Shown piece after piece: positions 12,498 through 25,578 of a DNA stretch of 64,000 bases. The notes below the pieces were generated by a model that was not told the DNA's origin, did no database searches, and was given only the letters and a program-made list of their open reading frames with translations. The DNA is from Zootoca vivipara (Eukaryota), in assembly GCF_963506605.1 (NCBI RefSeq), contig NC_083279.1, positions 620,001-684,000 on the forward strand, written 5' to 3'. Within the stretch, counting starts at the first letter, position 1, and every line of letters starts with the position of its first letter. The position numbers were made by a program, and so were the translations under genes.

Positions 12498-13225
12498 CAG
12501 GGGTTCCCAACAAAATTTTCTCGAGGACCCCTCATCGAGCCGCTATTGTGACAAGGACCCCCATTATTTCCTAATCCTAAATCTAATTCCTAATTCCTAA
12601 TCTAATTTTTCCAGTAAGCTTAACACTGATCTTGGAAGAGTTAGGTTCAAGGGACGCCGGCGATTTAGGTTCAATGGACACTGGCAAGATCGGTTTGAGA
12701 GTCACTGACTTACTTGCTTGAACATCAAATGCATTATCTTCCTCTTCATCTGTAGGCCTTTGTCGTTTTAACGAACCACTTTTAAACCAACGGTCCATTT
12801 TTAACTACGCGAACTGTAGCTTCCGCGAAAAACAACGCTTTGTTTACAAACACTACTGTTTTGCAAAGAGGCAGCGCGCGCCAGGGAGGAGGGAGGGGAA
12901 TGGAGAAGAAAGGGTACCTGCGCAGTAGCGCACAAATTAAGCCGAAGCGCGCAAAGCATCTTGGGGAGGTGAGCGTTAGTCGAATGCGCGCGCTGCCTCT
13001 TTGCAAAACAGTAGTGTTTGTAAAGCGCCACCTAACGGCATACAGCAGAACTACTGCCTCTATCTATTTCTAGTTTTGCGCTAGACTCTGCTCATGCAGG
13101 AAGCGGCCAAAACAAAAAATCTGTTATCATACGAAATAGATTTAATATATTTTTTATTCTAATAGCATCTTGCGGACCCCTCTGGCATAGCTGGGGGTCC
13201 GCGGACCACCTGTTGGGAACCACTG
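12498..13225 (-). mobile_element. Non-autonomous hAT (Charlie/Buster-like) deletion derivative
   Basis: TIRs CAGGGGTTCCCAAC / GTTGGGAACCACTG; perfect TSD GTCTAGAT; minus ORF 12583-12798 begins MDRWFKSGSLKR, like hAT-Charlie transposase N-termini. Confidence 0.9.
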
Positions 13226-14006
13226 GTCTAGATCAATTCTTAAGTTAGACTGTAATGTACTTTTAATAGTACTTTTATTTTATTTAAAGGTTATATGTTT
13301 ATTGACACAAATTTTCTACGTGCTATCACTATACAAACAAAAAGCAGTTTGCCCAAATAAACAAGCATAGTAACTGATGTAGATAATAACATTTTTGACA
13401 AAAATGTTATTAAACAACTTATGCAACAGAGTAATAATATATTCAATCTATAAACTCACATAAAATTTAAGGAATATTTATTGTGGCATAGAAATTCAAC
13501 GTTGGTGTTTTCTGGGATTTAGAATTGCCAGGTTCTGACTAGGAGGCCAGTCCAGTAACCCACTTAAGAGTTCACTTCTCCATGAGAAAATAATTTCAAG
13601 TTGTCAGAATTCATTAAAAAAACTCTTCCCCACCCCCACCCCCATATTCTTATATGGCATTTCTTTTGATTGGTACTTTGCTTTTTTCCTGGGGCTATGA
13701 TTACAACAGTTTTCAAGCAGTGCAGAAAATGGAAACTTGCACTTTTAAAAATCAGGAATCTCTGCTTTTGCACCCAAAAATTGAATTATGCTATTTTTTT
13801 CACTGGAGTCAGTTTTAGTTTTCATTTTTTTGGTGATAAAATCCTTTTTCCTTTACATGTGTTGCTGTCTGAGCAAATTCCTTTGATTCTTTGTGAGACT
13901 GATTGAAATTTATTGAACTGATTGTGTAAAATAAAACCTCATGGGAACATTTATTGAGAAAAGACCGTGAAAATTAATATATTTCATATATTTTCATGAT
14001 ACATAG

Positions 14007-14108
14007 AATCTAATAAAACACCTTCCCGAACAAAAACAACTGAATGAATTGTCCAAAATGAAGAGTGAATATGAAAACTTGTCTGAACCAGAACAGTTTG
14101 GTATTGTG
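14007..14108 (+). CDS. DIAPH3: DIAPH3 window exon 9 (FH2)
   Basis: CATAG|, |GTGAGT; 102 nt; NLIKHLPEQKQLNELSKMKSEYENLSEPEQFGIV. Confidence 0.95.
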
Positions 14109-14319
14109 GTGAGTAGCACTGTTCCTTCTGCTTCATATGTGATACTAACAATATCTCTATAATTTTTGAATCATTGAAAAGTATTTTAGTATTTTACCTC
14201 AAGTTGTATTTTTGGCTCTTCTACATAACAATTGTAGAAAACTGGACACTTGCCTACTAGTTTCTGTTGGTTGTTCGATGGCAGTAAGGGCTATGAGTGT
14301 TTGAACAGTGTCCTTATTA

Positions 14320-14668
14320 CAGGCATCGGCAACTTCCTGCCCATGGGCCGGATCCGGCTCACAGAGGCCGTTTATCCGCCCCACGAGCCGCCTGGTCATC
14401 GAGCTGCCCGCGTGGCAAGTCCCCCGTGCACTGCACCAGCGCCACGCGGGGACTCGCCGAGCAGCGCTGGAAATGGAGCCTGCGCAGACGCTGGAAATCA
14501 CTTCTGCGCAGGCGCGGTTTCTGGTGTCTGCGCAGCCACAGAAGTGATTTTCAGCGCTGCAGACATGCGCAGAAGCGATTTCTGGCGCCCCGGACATGTG
14601 CAACGTGGCACCGGAAATTGCTTCTGCGAATGCTCCAGCCCACGGCCGGAAAACATTGCCGACGCCAG
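14320..14668. mobile_element. GC-rich hAT MITE
   Basis: TIRs CAGGCATCGGCAA / TTGCCGACGCCAG; perfect TSD CCTTATTA; internal TGCGCAG/GGAAAT repeats. Confidence 0.88.
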
Positions 14669-15173
14669 CCTTATTAGATGCAAAAAATGTCCAAGATAAT
14701 ACTGGGATTGTGATATACTGCTGGGATTTAGCTTATGCACTTCTGCCACCTTATCCCCTGAATTTAGAATAGTGAAGCAGAAAAAAAGGAAGAAACTTGC
14801 AGTCCCAAGAACACATGTACACAAATAATTCTCCTATAACATTTTCTGAATAATTACGCTTAGAACTATATGTGTCACTCAAACTTTATTATGGCCTAAG
14901 CAACTGCTTATGCACCAGTAGTAATGTGTGGTGCTGTACAAACAGCTTGATAAGAAGCACCTGGAAGGCCAGAAGAAATGCTGGTGGGCTTTTTGGCTTA
15001 GTATATTCACAAGTTAAATATAGCTGAGAAGGATAATTATTCACAAGTTAAATATTGCTCAAACAAGTGTTCTTCGTTCATTCATCTATTTTGGGATAGT
15101 ATATAGGCATGAGGTTATGTCATACCTGTAAATCATCCAAGATTAAACCAACCTGCTCCATGCTAAAGCATAA

Positions 15174-15443
<270 letters not shown>

Positions 15444-16626
15444 TAACGAGCTGTGAATGCTGAGTTGAGTGCTGCAATCACTTGCTTTTCATATTTACAA
15501 TGCAGTTTAAATTGCTTTCTGTTTTTTGACACCTAACATCTTCAATAATTGCAGCTTAAATGTCTATTCATTTACCCCCACCCACTTATAAAAGCAGTTA
15601 ATTTGTTTTGATCTAGACAATAGTAGATATTGTAAATGTGTATGCTCGGTTTAGAGATTGCTGTACGGTTTTAAAAGCTTTGGTGTTTCAAGCTGACAGA
15701 AAGAGGTGTGACATGGTGAGTTATTGTTGCTGCTCATTGTCTCAATTATGAATATTTTTAGCAGTACATCAAAAATGAAACTGAAAGCTTGCACTTAGTG
15801 AATTCTGTTAAGGGTTCAACGGAGCAAGTAATTGGTCCCAGTTCTGCAAGAACTTCAGATTTGTACAACACAGAGTATACTTGTACAACACAGAGTATAT
15901 ATTTCAGCTTTTTCTTCTGATTTTGAAGGCTGATATTCTCCAAATATGCACTAGATATGTACATATTTGGCTACTATCTGATACTAAAGCATCAATATTA
16001 GAATTGAATCTTGCAGTATCTTCCATTAAATGACTCCTGGTGTGCAGTCTTATTTAGAAATTTTGCAATAGCTTCATCCATTAAACACTTTGGGAAACAT
16101 TCCCTGAATAAAAAAAATTCAAACTTTGATGTCAAAATCTGAAAAGCTTATTATTTTATTTTTATTTTAGACATTTTATTTTAGACATTTTTAAGGACCC
16201 CCCCCCCCTTTTCCATCAAGGAACTCGGAGCAGATGGTCTCCCACCTACTCAGACTAAACCTGATCCTGCTTAATTTCAATAAGGTTGCTACATTGTGTT
16301 CCTTTACAAAGTTGGTATCTTCTAGATACTTTAGACTGCATCATGGGAGTTGTAGTCCAAAACATTTGGATAGCACCAAATTGGCAGGGATTGCTTTAGA
16401 CCATGTCCGTGCTAATTGTAACTCTGTATTAGAAAACAAAATTTGGATGTGAAAATCAAATTTTCAATTAAAATGGCAAATTAAATGCAATTTTTTTAAA
16501 GTGGTTCAAAACTCAGTTTTCAGATATTGTGCAGGAAAATTGATTTCAATTTCTATAGTGTGTAAATCATAAAATATATAATCAAAATGTACTACTGCTT
16601 CTGAATATTCACTTACTAATTTCTAG

Positions 16627-16776
<150 letters not shown>

Positions 16777-17263
16777 TAATATATTTTATTCAGCTGTTGT
16801 CCAGAATTATTTTTGATTTGAATATTAAAGTTCGTACCCACACCCAAGAATTTACATTCCAGAATTTACTACTTTTCAAGCTTCCCTGTAAGTGGAAGGT
16901 CATTTCAGGAAAGTTCATATTGAAGTAAGAAAATGTCCAGAGCAGAATAGTGGTGTGCAATAAGAAAGCAGCAACACAGAGTTGGAAATATTGTATGTGT
17001 CTTTGAAAGGTAAGAAGCTACTACACTGGCACAAGAATTCAAATCTGAAAAAAGATAAGTAGTCCTACAGTACCAGAGGCTCAAACAGATGTATATCCAA
17101 ACAGATAAGCAGCAAGGCCTGAAGAGTTCTTCACACTTTCAGTCATAGGGATCCTCCCTCCCTCAGAAAGCAGAAGCCGTGCTGCACTTAATGCCAGGTT
17201 ATCCTGCACATCCTGCATCCTTTTGCTTTGCACCCCAGGGGTAGCAGGCCAGCATGAATATAT

Positions 17264-17842
17264 ATATATAAATATATTAATTCATCTTTATTCATTTTAC
17301 ACACATGAAAAAACAATACATTGAAGCGACAAAAAATACAAAATACAAAAAAAGTGAAAAAGAAAACAAAACACACAGAAAAAAAAGAGAAAAAAATATA
17401 ATAATCTTATAAAATCTTCATAACATTATAGACTTCATAACATTATAGACTGCATCACAACATAATCAATGTGGGAGACCGACTTCCGTTTTTAGAATCT
17501 CCCACCGTGACCAATTCTTTAGAATTATATAGCCAATCGAAGATTTTACTCACGGTGCCCAATGTCAATTTTTTTTCTTTGGGAACAATCCACCGCTCTC
17601 CGCTGCCGGCGCGGAGCTTCACTTCCAGAGGGTAACAATGGCGCTCGATGGCCCGCGACACCCCACTCGCACCGGAGCTCCTACTAGGGCTTACCGGGGA
17701 GTAAAGGGGTCGCTCTTTCAGGCTCTGCCGAGTCTTCGTCTCCAGAACGCTCTATCTGGAGCTCTTTCGGGGGGCGCGTCGCTCTCGTGGCTCTCCCCTC
17801 CCCCTCTTGAAGCCCGTTCCCTCGGAGCTCGAGGGAAACGTC
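17264..17842 (-). mobile_element. Short non-LTR retroposon (L1-like 3' tail plus CpG-rich 5' part)
   Basis: 20-bp TSD GCAGGCCAGCATGAATATAT (17244-63, 17843-62); minus-strand AATAAA at 17287-92 and AT-rich tail. Confidence 0.8.
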
Positions 17843-18492
17843 GCAGGCCAGCATGAATATATGGGCTGAAAAGGTAGCCACTGAAATTTGCCAGGAGTGT
17901 AAGGAACAGATTTAAGACCCCGCTGAGATCCAGAAATGAGCGCCATTACTGGCTCACACGCTTAGTCATCAACCATATTCTGGGCGTAGTACCTACTGAG
18001 CATTTAGTTTCACAGGCCCAGAGGCACCCTGGAGTTTTTTTTTAATGGTGCGACAGAATGTGGATGCTCCAAAGTGGTTCTACATATTCTGAATAAAGGA
18101 GTCAAGATGAAAATATTGAGGTCCATTTGGATAGTGCTTGAACTACAGAGTACCCAGGCACACAGAAGTAGACACACACACTCTGATATGGTGCTCATGG
18201 AAGTTCAACACTTCCCCCAGTATCTCAGCCACTTCCAGTACAGGTAGTTGCTGTTTGGGCTCATAGTCACATCCAAAGTTTCACTGAGGTACTAGTGGTG
18301 CTTGGGGCACATCTCAGGATACAAGTGGTGTTTCTTTATCCCATGGGCAGCTAATCTGTGGTCTTTCAGATATTTTTGGATTCCACTTCCCAACAGCCCA
18401 GGCAGCAAGATAAATGGTCAGAGATAGTGGGAGTTGTAGTCCAGCTAGAGATGGAAGTTTAAAGGTTAGACACCCTGCTCTACTCTGATCTA

Positions 18493-18770
18493 CAGTGGAA
18501 CCTTGGTTTATGAACACCTCGGTTTACGAATTTTCGGTTTATGAATGCTGCGGACCCATCTGGAACGGATTAATTCACTTTCCATTACTTTCAATGGGAA
18601 AGTTCGCTTCAGTTTATGAATGCTTCAGTTTAAGTACTCCGTGGACCGCCTGGAACAGATGAATCCACTTTCCATTACTTTCAGTGGGAAAGTTCGCTTC
18701 AGTTTATGAACGCTTCAGTTTATGAACAGACTTCCGGAACCAATTGTGTTCATAAACCAAGGTAGCACTG
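18493..18770. mobile_element. Tc1/mariner-pogo type MITE (family A)
   Basis: TA-CAGTGGAACCTTGG ... CCAAGGTAGCACTG-TA. Confidence 0.88.
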
Positions 18771-18956
18771 TAGTTGACATTTTATTATGAACATAACTCA
18801 GGTATTCTCTGTAGAGAGGTTTATAAATTCTGGAATGCATAATTATTTGCTCTTGCTCCTTAAATCAAGTGTTTCAGCCCATTCAAATCTATCTCACCCA
18901 ATACTAGAGACAACAGTTTCATGGTGAACTGAGAGAAAAGTTTTCTGGAGCAAATC

Positions 18957-19103
18957 TGAAGAAGTGTGGTATGTGAAGAAGTGTGCATGCACACGAAAGC
19001 TCATACCAAAATAAAAAAGTTAGTTGGTCTTTAAGGTGCTCCTGGAAGGATTTTTTTTATTTTGTTTCAACTACGGCAGACCAACACGGCTACCTACCTG
19101 TAA
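18957..19103 (+). mobile_element. Penelope-like element 3' fragment with mutated hammerhead motif
   Basis: 12-bp TSD CTGGAGCAAATC (18945-56, 19104-15); GAAGAAGTGTGCATGCACACGAAAGCTCATACC ... CTTTAAGGTGC ... CTACCTGTAA. Confidence 0.82.
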
Positions 19104-19653
19104 CTGGAGCAAATCCTGAAACACAGGAGAGCAAAACTAGAAGTTTAAAATTTTAACATGTTTCTATCTGGAAAGCAGACTGGCTGGTACATGAAGTTGG
19201 TCATGTGCACCTCATGGTTATTAGTCTATTCTTGGTAATTATATGCTTCACCAGGATGCTATAGACAAGTTTTGCACCTACCACTGAACAACTTTCTCTC
19301 TTTAAGATGAGAGAGTCTGGCAGAAGCATATGTCCCCATGAAGGGTACTATAGTATGTTTGGTACCAATTGTATACGTATGTACTGTCTCTACTGTGATC
19401 ATTATGCTGCCTCCAAATTACTCTATTTGTGCATTAACTAGTCAGAGCCTGAGTACATTTGCTGCTTCTGGTGATGTGATTGAGTAAGTTTATTAAACTG
19501 ATCATTCATGAAGATATTGAGTAGATAGTAGAACTCTACACATGACAAAAGTATTTCATAATGTGGACTTAGAGGAATCTTTGCAAGAAAGCATCTACTA
19601 ACAGTATTCACCTTTTGATATGTGTGAAGTTTTAATTATAAATATATGCTTAG

Positions 19654-19778
19654 TTTCAGCAGAAAGCTTGGAGAAGAGCCTAAAACAGATGGAAAGGCAG
19701 CTTATACAACTTGAGAAGGATTTAGAGACCTTTCCCCTTTCTGAAGATATTCATGACAAATTTGTGACAAAGATGTCC
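19654..19778 (+). CDS. DIAPH3: DIAPH3 window exon 12 (FH2), followed by U12 donor
   Basis: CTTAG| acceptor; 125 nt; VSAESLEKSLKQMERQLIQLEKDLETFPLSEDIHDKFVTKMS; ends at |ATATCCTTTT. Confidence 0.93.
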
Positions 19779-20546
19779 ATATCCTTTTGCTGTTAAATAA
19801 CTTATCTGGCTTTGTCTAAGGTTCTTTAACACTTTTAAAATTTATTTGCATAATCTTTATTCAAGTTATAGCCATCACTTCTGACAACCCTGACCTCATT
19901 TCTACCTTGAATTACTAAGAACCTAAAACGGCTTTAATGAAGATTCACCTATAATTCATAATCTGAAGGTAGTACTGTGTCATCTCCAGTGGTTTGGCGT
20001 TTTCGTCATACAAGCATGAAAGTGCTCATTGAATGGAAAATATTACTGGAGGAAACAGTTGAGAAGTTGACTAGTTAAGCACTACAACTTAAATTGGATG
20101 GAAAACAGCTTAATTGAGAAACGAGGGAAGAGTTGCCAGTTTGGGGTATCAGTTCAGATTGCCCATTTTGATTATTTTTTTTAGTCTGAACTACAAACTA
20201 ATTTCAATTTTTTAAAGCTTTTCTCTCACTGTTTGGAATTCTATGTGTAATTATTCCTTTGAATTTATAGGAGCTGCCATCATTCTTTTCAATGAATCCT
20301 GTGCTTCTTATCTGCTAATTTTGGTTTTTTCCCTTTCAGATGCTTTTTGATGTGTGTTTTTTCCTGTGTCTGGCTTGTAATTCACTAAGAAGCAAGTAGC
20401 ATGATTAGCACAAAGACAGCACAGAGGGTTCCCCCCCCCACACACAAAAAGCAGATAGATGTGCTATTGTAGGTTTCTTGTTTTTGTTGGCCTAATAGGA
20501 AGGTTTAATGAAGGTATGAAAGAACTAATTGGCTGCAGCTCTAAAC

Positions 20547-20891
20547 CAGTGTTTCTCAACCTTTTTTGGGCCACGGCACACTTGTTACGTGAAAAAAATC
20601 ACGAGGCACACCACCATTAAAAAAGTTAAAAAATTTAACTCTGTGCCACCCTATATTATAATTGTGACTGTAAGAAACACTTGCCAAATATTGCTTTCCG
20701 GCAGGTCAGTGTAGTGTATTGGCGGCCGCCAGGCTTGTTTGCACTGAGCTTTGGGAAAGAGGAGGGGAAATATTGCTTTCCGGCGGGTTAGCCAGGCACG
20801 TGACAATGCAAATCGCCCTTCACGTCGCGGCACACCAGCCAGTGTCTCGTGGCACACTAGTGTGCCGCGGCACAGCGGTTGAGAAACGCTG
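20547..20891. mobile_element. hAT MITE (family C)
   Basis: TIRs CAGTGTTTCTCAACC / GGTTGAGAAACGCTG; perfect TSD CTCTAAAC. Confidence 0.92.
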
Positions 20892-21049
20892 CTCTAAACT
20901 ATTATGCTTCACATTCAGTTCCCATGACACTTCAGGTTACCAACCAGAGTAATTTAGCTTCCTCCAAGACGTAATGTTACCTGTTGGCCATTTGAGGCTA
21001 CAGAACATATTTTCATACTTAATACTTTGTAAGTGTTGTAAGTATTGTA

Positions 21050-22040
21050 CATATATATCTATTTATTTCTTAAAATGTATATACTGCCTGGTTGTAAAAA
21101 AACCTCAAAGAAGATTACAAAAAGAATAAAACAATAAAATTATCAATTAAAATAATTAACAACAGTTTGAATCAGCTATAAAGTAAAAACAGATTAAAGC
21201 ACACACCAACATGCTAGGTATCTGGGTAGGCCTAGCTAAACAAAAATATTTTAGCACATGCTGAAAAATGTACAGTGAGGGCACCTGCCCCATTATCGGT
21301 AGGCAACAAGTTCCAAAGTATAGGTGCTGCCACAATAAAATACTGATTTCTTACAAATGTGGCACCTGCAACAGCGCCACTTCTGCAAATTGAAGCAATC
21401 AAATGGGCCCATGTGGGGTAAAGTGTCTCTCAGGTGAACTGGTCCCAAGGGCTTTATATACTAATTGTAACACCTTGGCCCGGTAGCAAATCTGCAACTA
21501 GTGTTGATCTCTTAAGAGCAAATATTATATGCTGACAATGCCTTATTCCTGTCAGCAATTGTGCTGCAGCAATCTGTACTGACTGCAGCTTTCAGGTCAA
21601 CACAAGGGAAGCTCGACACAAAGAGCATTGCAGTAATCTAGTCTTGAAGTAACCAGAGTGTGAACTACTCTGACCAGGCTTTTCCTGTCTAGAAATGCTC
21701 ATAGCTGTCAAATCGATTGTAGTTGATAAAAGACACTTCTAGCCTCTGAGCACCTGAGCCTCCATTGACACAGATCCAGAAGCACCCCCATAATGCAAAC
21801 CTGCTGAGTGGAACCCCAAACCTGGGAGTGGAACCCCATCCAGGATAGGCAATTGACCAATTTCTCGGACATGGGAACCACTTGTCCATAGTGTCTCTAT
21901 CATGCCCGGATTCAAGCCCAGATTGTTTTCCATCATCTTTCTCACTACTGCATCCAAGCAGTTGCATGTCCAGGCCTGAACCCAGATTGGAATGAATCTA
22001 AATAATTTGTGTCATCCAAGCATACATTCAGCTGCCACAC
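21050..22040 (-). mobile_element. Degenerate L2-type LINE 3' portion
   Basis: Minus ORF remnants MENNLGLNPG..IGQLPILDGVPLP resemble the L2 RT C-terminus; tail toward 21050. Confidence 0.7.
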
Positions 22041-22567
22041 CACAGCCGTCCACCACCTCCCCCCAAAGTGGGTATATGCAACTGGTGAATAGTTGTCCAG
22101 AGGGTCCAGAGCTGGGGTGTTTTTAGGAGCGGCCGCACTACTGCCTCTTTCAAGGCAGCAGGGATCACCCCTTCACACCCACTGAATGGATATAAATGCA
22201 TACCATTTTAAAACAGTCCTGCCTGAAAGTCTCTTGCACCATACTGAGCGATGCTGTTTCTAAGTCACCAAGGTGCAATGACACTTCTATAGGTATTCAT
22301 GGCTTCTAGCTTACAAGTGTTTCTAGTGGAGACTATGACTGTCCAAAATTAGCAGTTGATCATCTGAATGATAAGGATTTGAAGCTCTCAAAATGGTTAG
22401 AGATTTTCTGTGCTTTCACATGTAAGCATGGCTAATGCATGCACATGGTAATTTTATTTTTGTCTTTGCTATCTTGACCGGCACCTTGAAAGCATTCTAG
22501 CATATACATTGCTTGCCTGAAGGACAGCACTGAACAGGAAAACTTATTCATAAACCCTACCTACAGG

Positions 22568-22943
22568 ATAAAAAATTTCCTTCAGTAGCACCTTAAAGAC
22601 CAACTAAGTTTTTATTTTGGTATGAGCTTTCGTGTGCATCCACACTTCTTCAGATACACTGAAACAGAAGTAGTCAGACCCTTATGTATATTCAGAGGGT
22701 GGGGGTGATGGGAATGGGTGATGGGCTGATAGGAGTGGTAAACCTGTTAATGACTGTTAATGACTGCAATTGGTCTTGAATATACATAAGGGTCTGGTGG
22801 ATTCTGTTTCAAGTGTATCTGATGAAGTGTGCATGCACACGAAACCTCATACTAAAATAAAAACTTAGTTGGTCTTTAAGGTGCTACTGAAGGAATTTTT
22901 TTATTTTGTTTTGACTCAGACCAACACGGCTACCTACCTGTAA
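22568..22943 (+). mobile_element. Penelope-like insertion with inverted 5' duplication and two hammerhead motifs
   Basis: Inverted arms ~22568-22692 and ~22780-22905; TSD CCTAC(C/G)TACAGG, 11/12 match; same 3' end as the 18957 copy. Confidence 0.85.
22620..22657 (-). ncRNA. Minimal type I hammerhead ribozyme motif (PLE-associated)
   Basis: Minus strand GUAU-CUGAAGA-A-GUGUG gaug CACAC-GAAA-GC-UC-AUAC: stem I GUAU/AUAC, stem II, palindromic AGCU in place of stem III. Confidence 0.65.
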
Positions 22944-25578
22944 CCTACGTACAGGTTTACACACAGGTTACTCTTATTTATAAGAGTGTATTATCTGAAA
23001 CTTCACAAAAATACCTCACCATTTCAATCAAATTCCCATGTGACACTTAAACAGATGGTTTGATCTTTAAACACTGTTAAGATGCAATAGTTAGCTCTCT
23101 TCTGCTAACACTCCCTATAGGCAGGGAATAATTGAGGAACAGTGGAGTTACATGTGGTTTCTGGTAATGGCTGTGAGCTTGCTAATTAAAGAAACTCACT
23201 TCCAGGAAAAGTGGAGTTACAATAAATTACAAACCAAAGGAGACTTGATGTAAAGGTTAGATGAACCTGCACAGCATGAAGAAGTTGGGGCCTGTCCGAG
23301 CTCTTATTGTTATGGCAGGGGAAGTTGAATGATGCTGATGTCTTTTGAAAGGCACACGGCTCGTAAAAAGCAGTCGGTGGGAAAGCGGAGACAGGAAGGA
23401 TGGGGCTTTGTGAAAACTAATTTTTCACTTGCCATACAATTACGCTCTGTAGGCAACTCGGCTATTACATCCTGTCACTAAATATCTCAACCTGGAGCCG
23501 GCTAATGAATTGATTAGCATTCATATTTCTTTTAGAAGTCAGATATGTGCACAGTCAGTGGGTTCTATTATTGATAGAATCTATAATTATATAAAAGACT
23601 TCCTTACTGGATTATTTTGTTAGCTGTCCATTGCAGTTGTGTACACTACTTTACATGCAATTAAATTCCCTTTTTTTTGTTTGCTGTAGATAGGAATTCC
23701 AGAGAAATAAAGCATGGAAAATTAAAACCATTTATGCAAACATTATGATGAAATGTAATTAAAATTACTTGATAGGTATAGATGTGCAAACAAGTTAAAT
23801 GAAAATTGGGTCCTTGAACAGTTTTGAGAAGCTCACATTTCTCTTTGATTATAATACAGGCACACCATTATCAAAATACACGATAAGCTCTAGAGCTCTT
23901 ATCTGCAAAAACAAATTGATAAAATACTTTTGTCAGTTTTTTCTTCTACCACTTTGTCACTTTAGAAAGCCATTTAAATATATATTGCAAGAGACTACAA
24001 ATCTATAAAAGTAATTTTGTGAACAGTTACTAAATGGTATTTTGTACTTCATACTTTTTCAGAATGACAGGAAAATAGTGTCTCAGTTTATCAAGAAAAT
24101 GACAGTTTTGGAAATAAAGCATTTTAGTACCCAGTTAAATTTTGCTTGATTAATAATAGTAATATGTTTTAATAGTGTGCTGATCCTTAAAGGGATTTGT
24201 ATAAATTGTTCTCTGTGAGATGATAGTATTGGCTATGTATGAAGATCTGTTGATGGAAAATCAAATTGCCACTGGAACCAACTTGATATAGGCACATAAT
24301 GAAAATGCCATCTGAATAATGACTTCCTATTATGCTTAGCAAAATCATAAGAACTGAGACTCTAGAAACACGGGGCAAGAAGTTTAGGAATATTGGTTCA
24401 GTTGTAACAAGCACATGTTAGATTTTCATTGTGCTTTTACTAGAATGGTTTGTTTAAGTATTAGGAGGTTTTTAAAGATTATCAGAAATTCAGCCAAAAA
24501 TCACAAAATGACATGTAGAGGAATAATATGAAGAAAAAGTAAAGTATCGGCTGAGGGTGTTGCAACGTGATCTGTAACATTGTGGTATACTAGATAAAAG
24601 AAAAAGTGATGATTACTAATTGTGAAAAATATAGATATGTTTAAGAAAATGTTGGCAATGTTGTGTATTTTAAACCAAAAAAAGGTGCAGAGGCATGGAA
24701 GTGAACAATTATGTGAGTGAACAGAAGTGAAAGTTTAATTAGAATATTAAAGTGCTGAACTATTTCCCAATACTTTTCTTTATTAAAATTACTGCCAAAC
24801 ATTAATTTTTGAGCATTAGTAAAATATTAGTTAGAGAACAGTAATTCTCAGTGCATTGATTTTGAGAAGGATCAGCAAGTTTGCTACCAAAGAAGTTCAC
24901 TTGTTTCAGAGGACTAGCGCTTTGAGTAACTAACCTATGTATGTATTTTCGCAGTGTTTAATTTGTGTTGTATTGGTGCCCAAGTAGAAATCCCTGATCT
25001 CTTATTTAGAGTATTTGTTCCCTGTTGGGGTGGGGGGGAGCAGCCTCCCAGAGCAGCTTACATGCAGTTACCGGTAGTTAAAGCAAGATACTCCCTCAAA
25101 TTTGTTATCTAAGTGGGACTTGGGTTGTGCAGAGGTAATTAATCTTTGAGGTATGAAAAATGTAGGAAGAATAGGAAGGAATTGAAAAATGCTGACTATG
25201 AGAAGAACTACATGCTTTTGGAGAGATGTTGTTACTGCTGATAACTTGCTATTTCCTCTTTCCTGGAAACTTAGTATTCTCCATTTATTTTGATTGATTG
25301 ATTGAATGAATGAATGAATGAATCCCGCTCCTCTTCCTGAAGAAACCCAGGCTGGCAAACAAAGCAAAAGAATTGTAAAACACCAAAAGTTTCTAAAAGC
25401 TTACTGTTAAAAACTTTCTTCCATCCAGTGATCTTGGAGTTGCCAGGAACAATATTCTTCAGCCACCAAACACCTGAGTAAATGGGAATGTTTTAAATTC
25501 TTCCTGAAAGTTAGTGAGAATGGAGACAGGTGCACTTCAAAGTCACAACCAATTTTGTAACCTTAACAAACTTAATAC

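Larger units (their letters stand above)
19779..25578 (+). other. U12-type (minor spliceosome) AT-AC intron
   Basis: 5' site ATATCCTTTT at 19779; branch site CCTTAAC at 25561-25567; terminal AC at 25577-25578 with no polypyrimidine tract; splicing restores KMS|TFVIQARE in frame. Confidence 0.93.

Noticed and set aside
14199-14824. Cluster of long ORFs on both strands
   Set aside because: Explained by the GC-rich, stop-poor hAT MITE at 14320-14668.
19779-19796. U12 intron read-through ending in -FCC as a prenylation signal
   Set aside because: Sequence is largely dictated by the U12 donor consensus, and such a transcript would probably be degraded.
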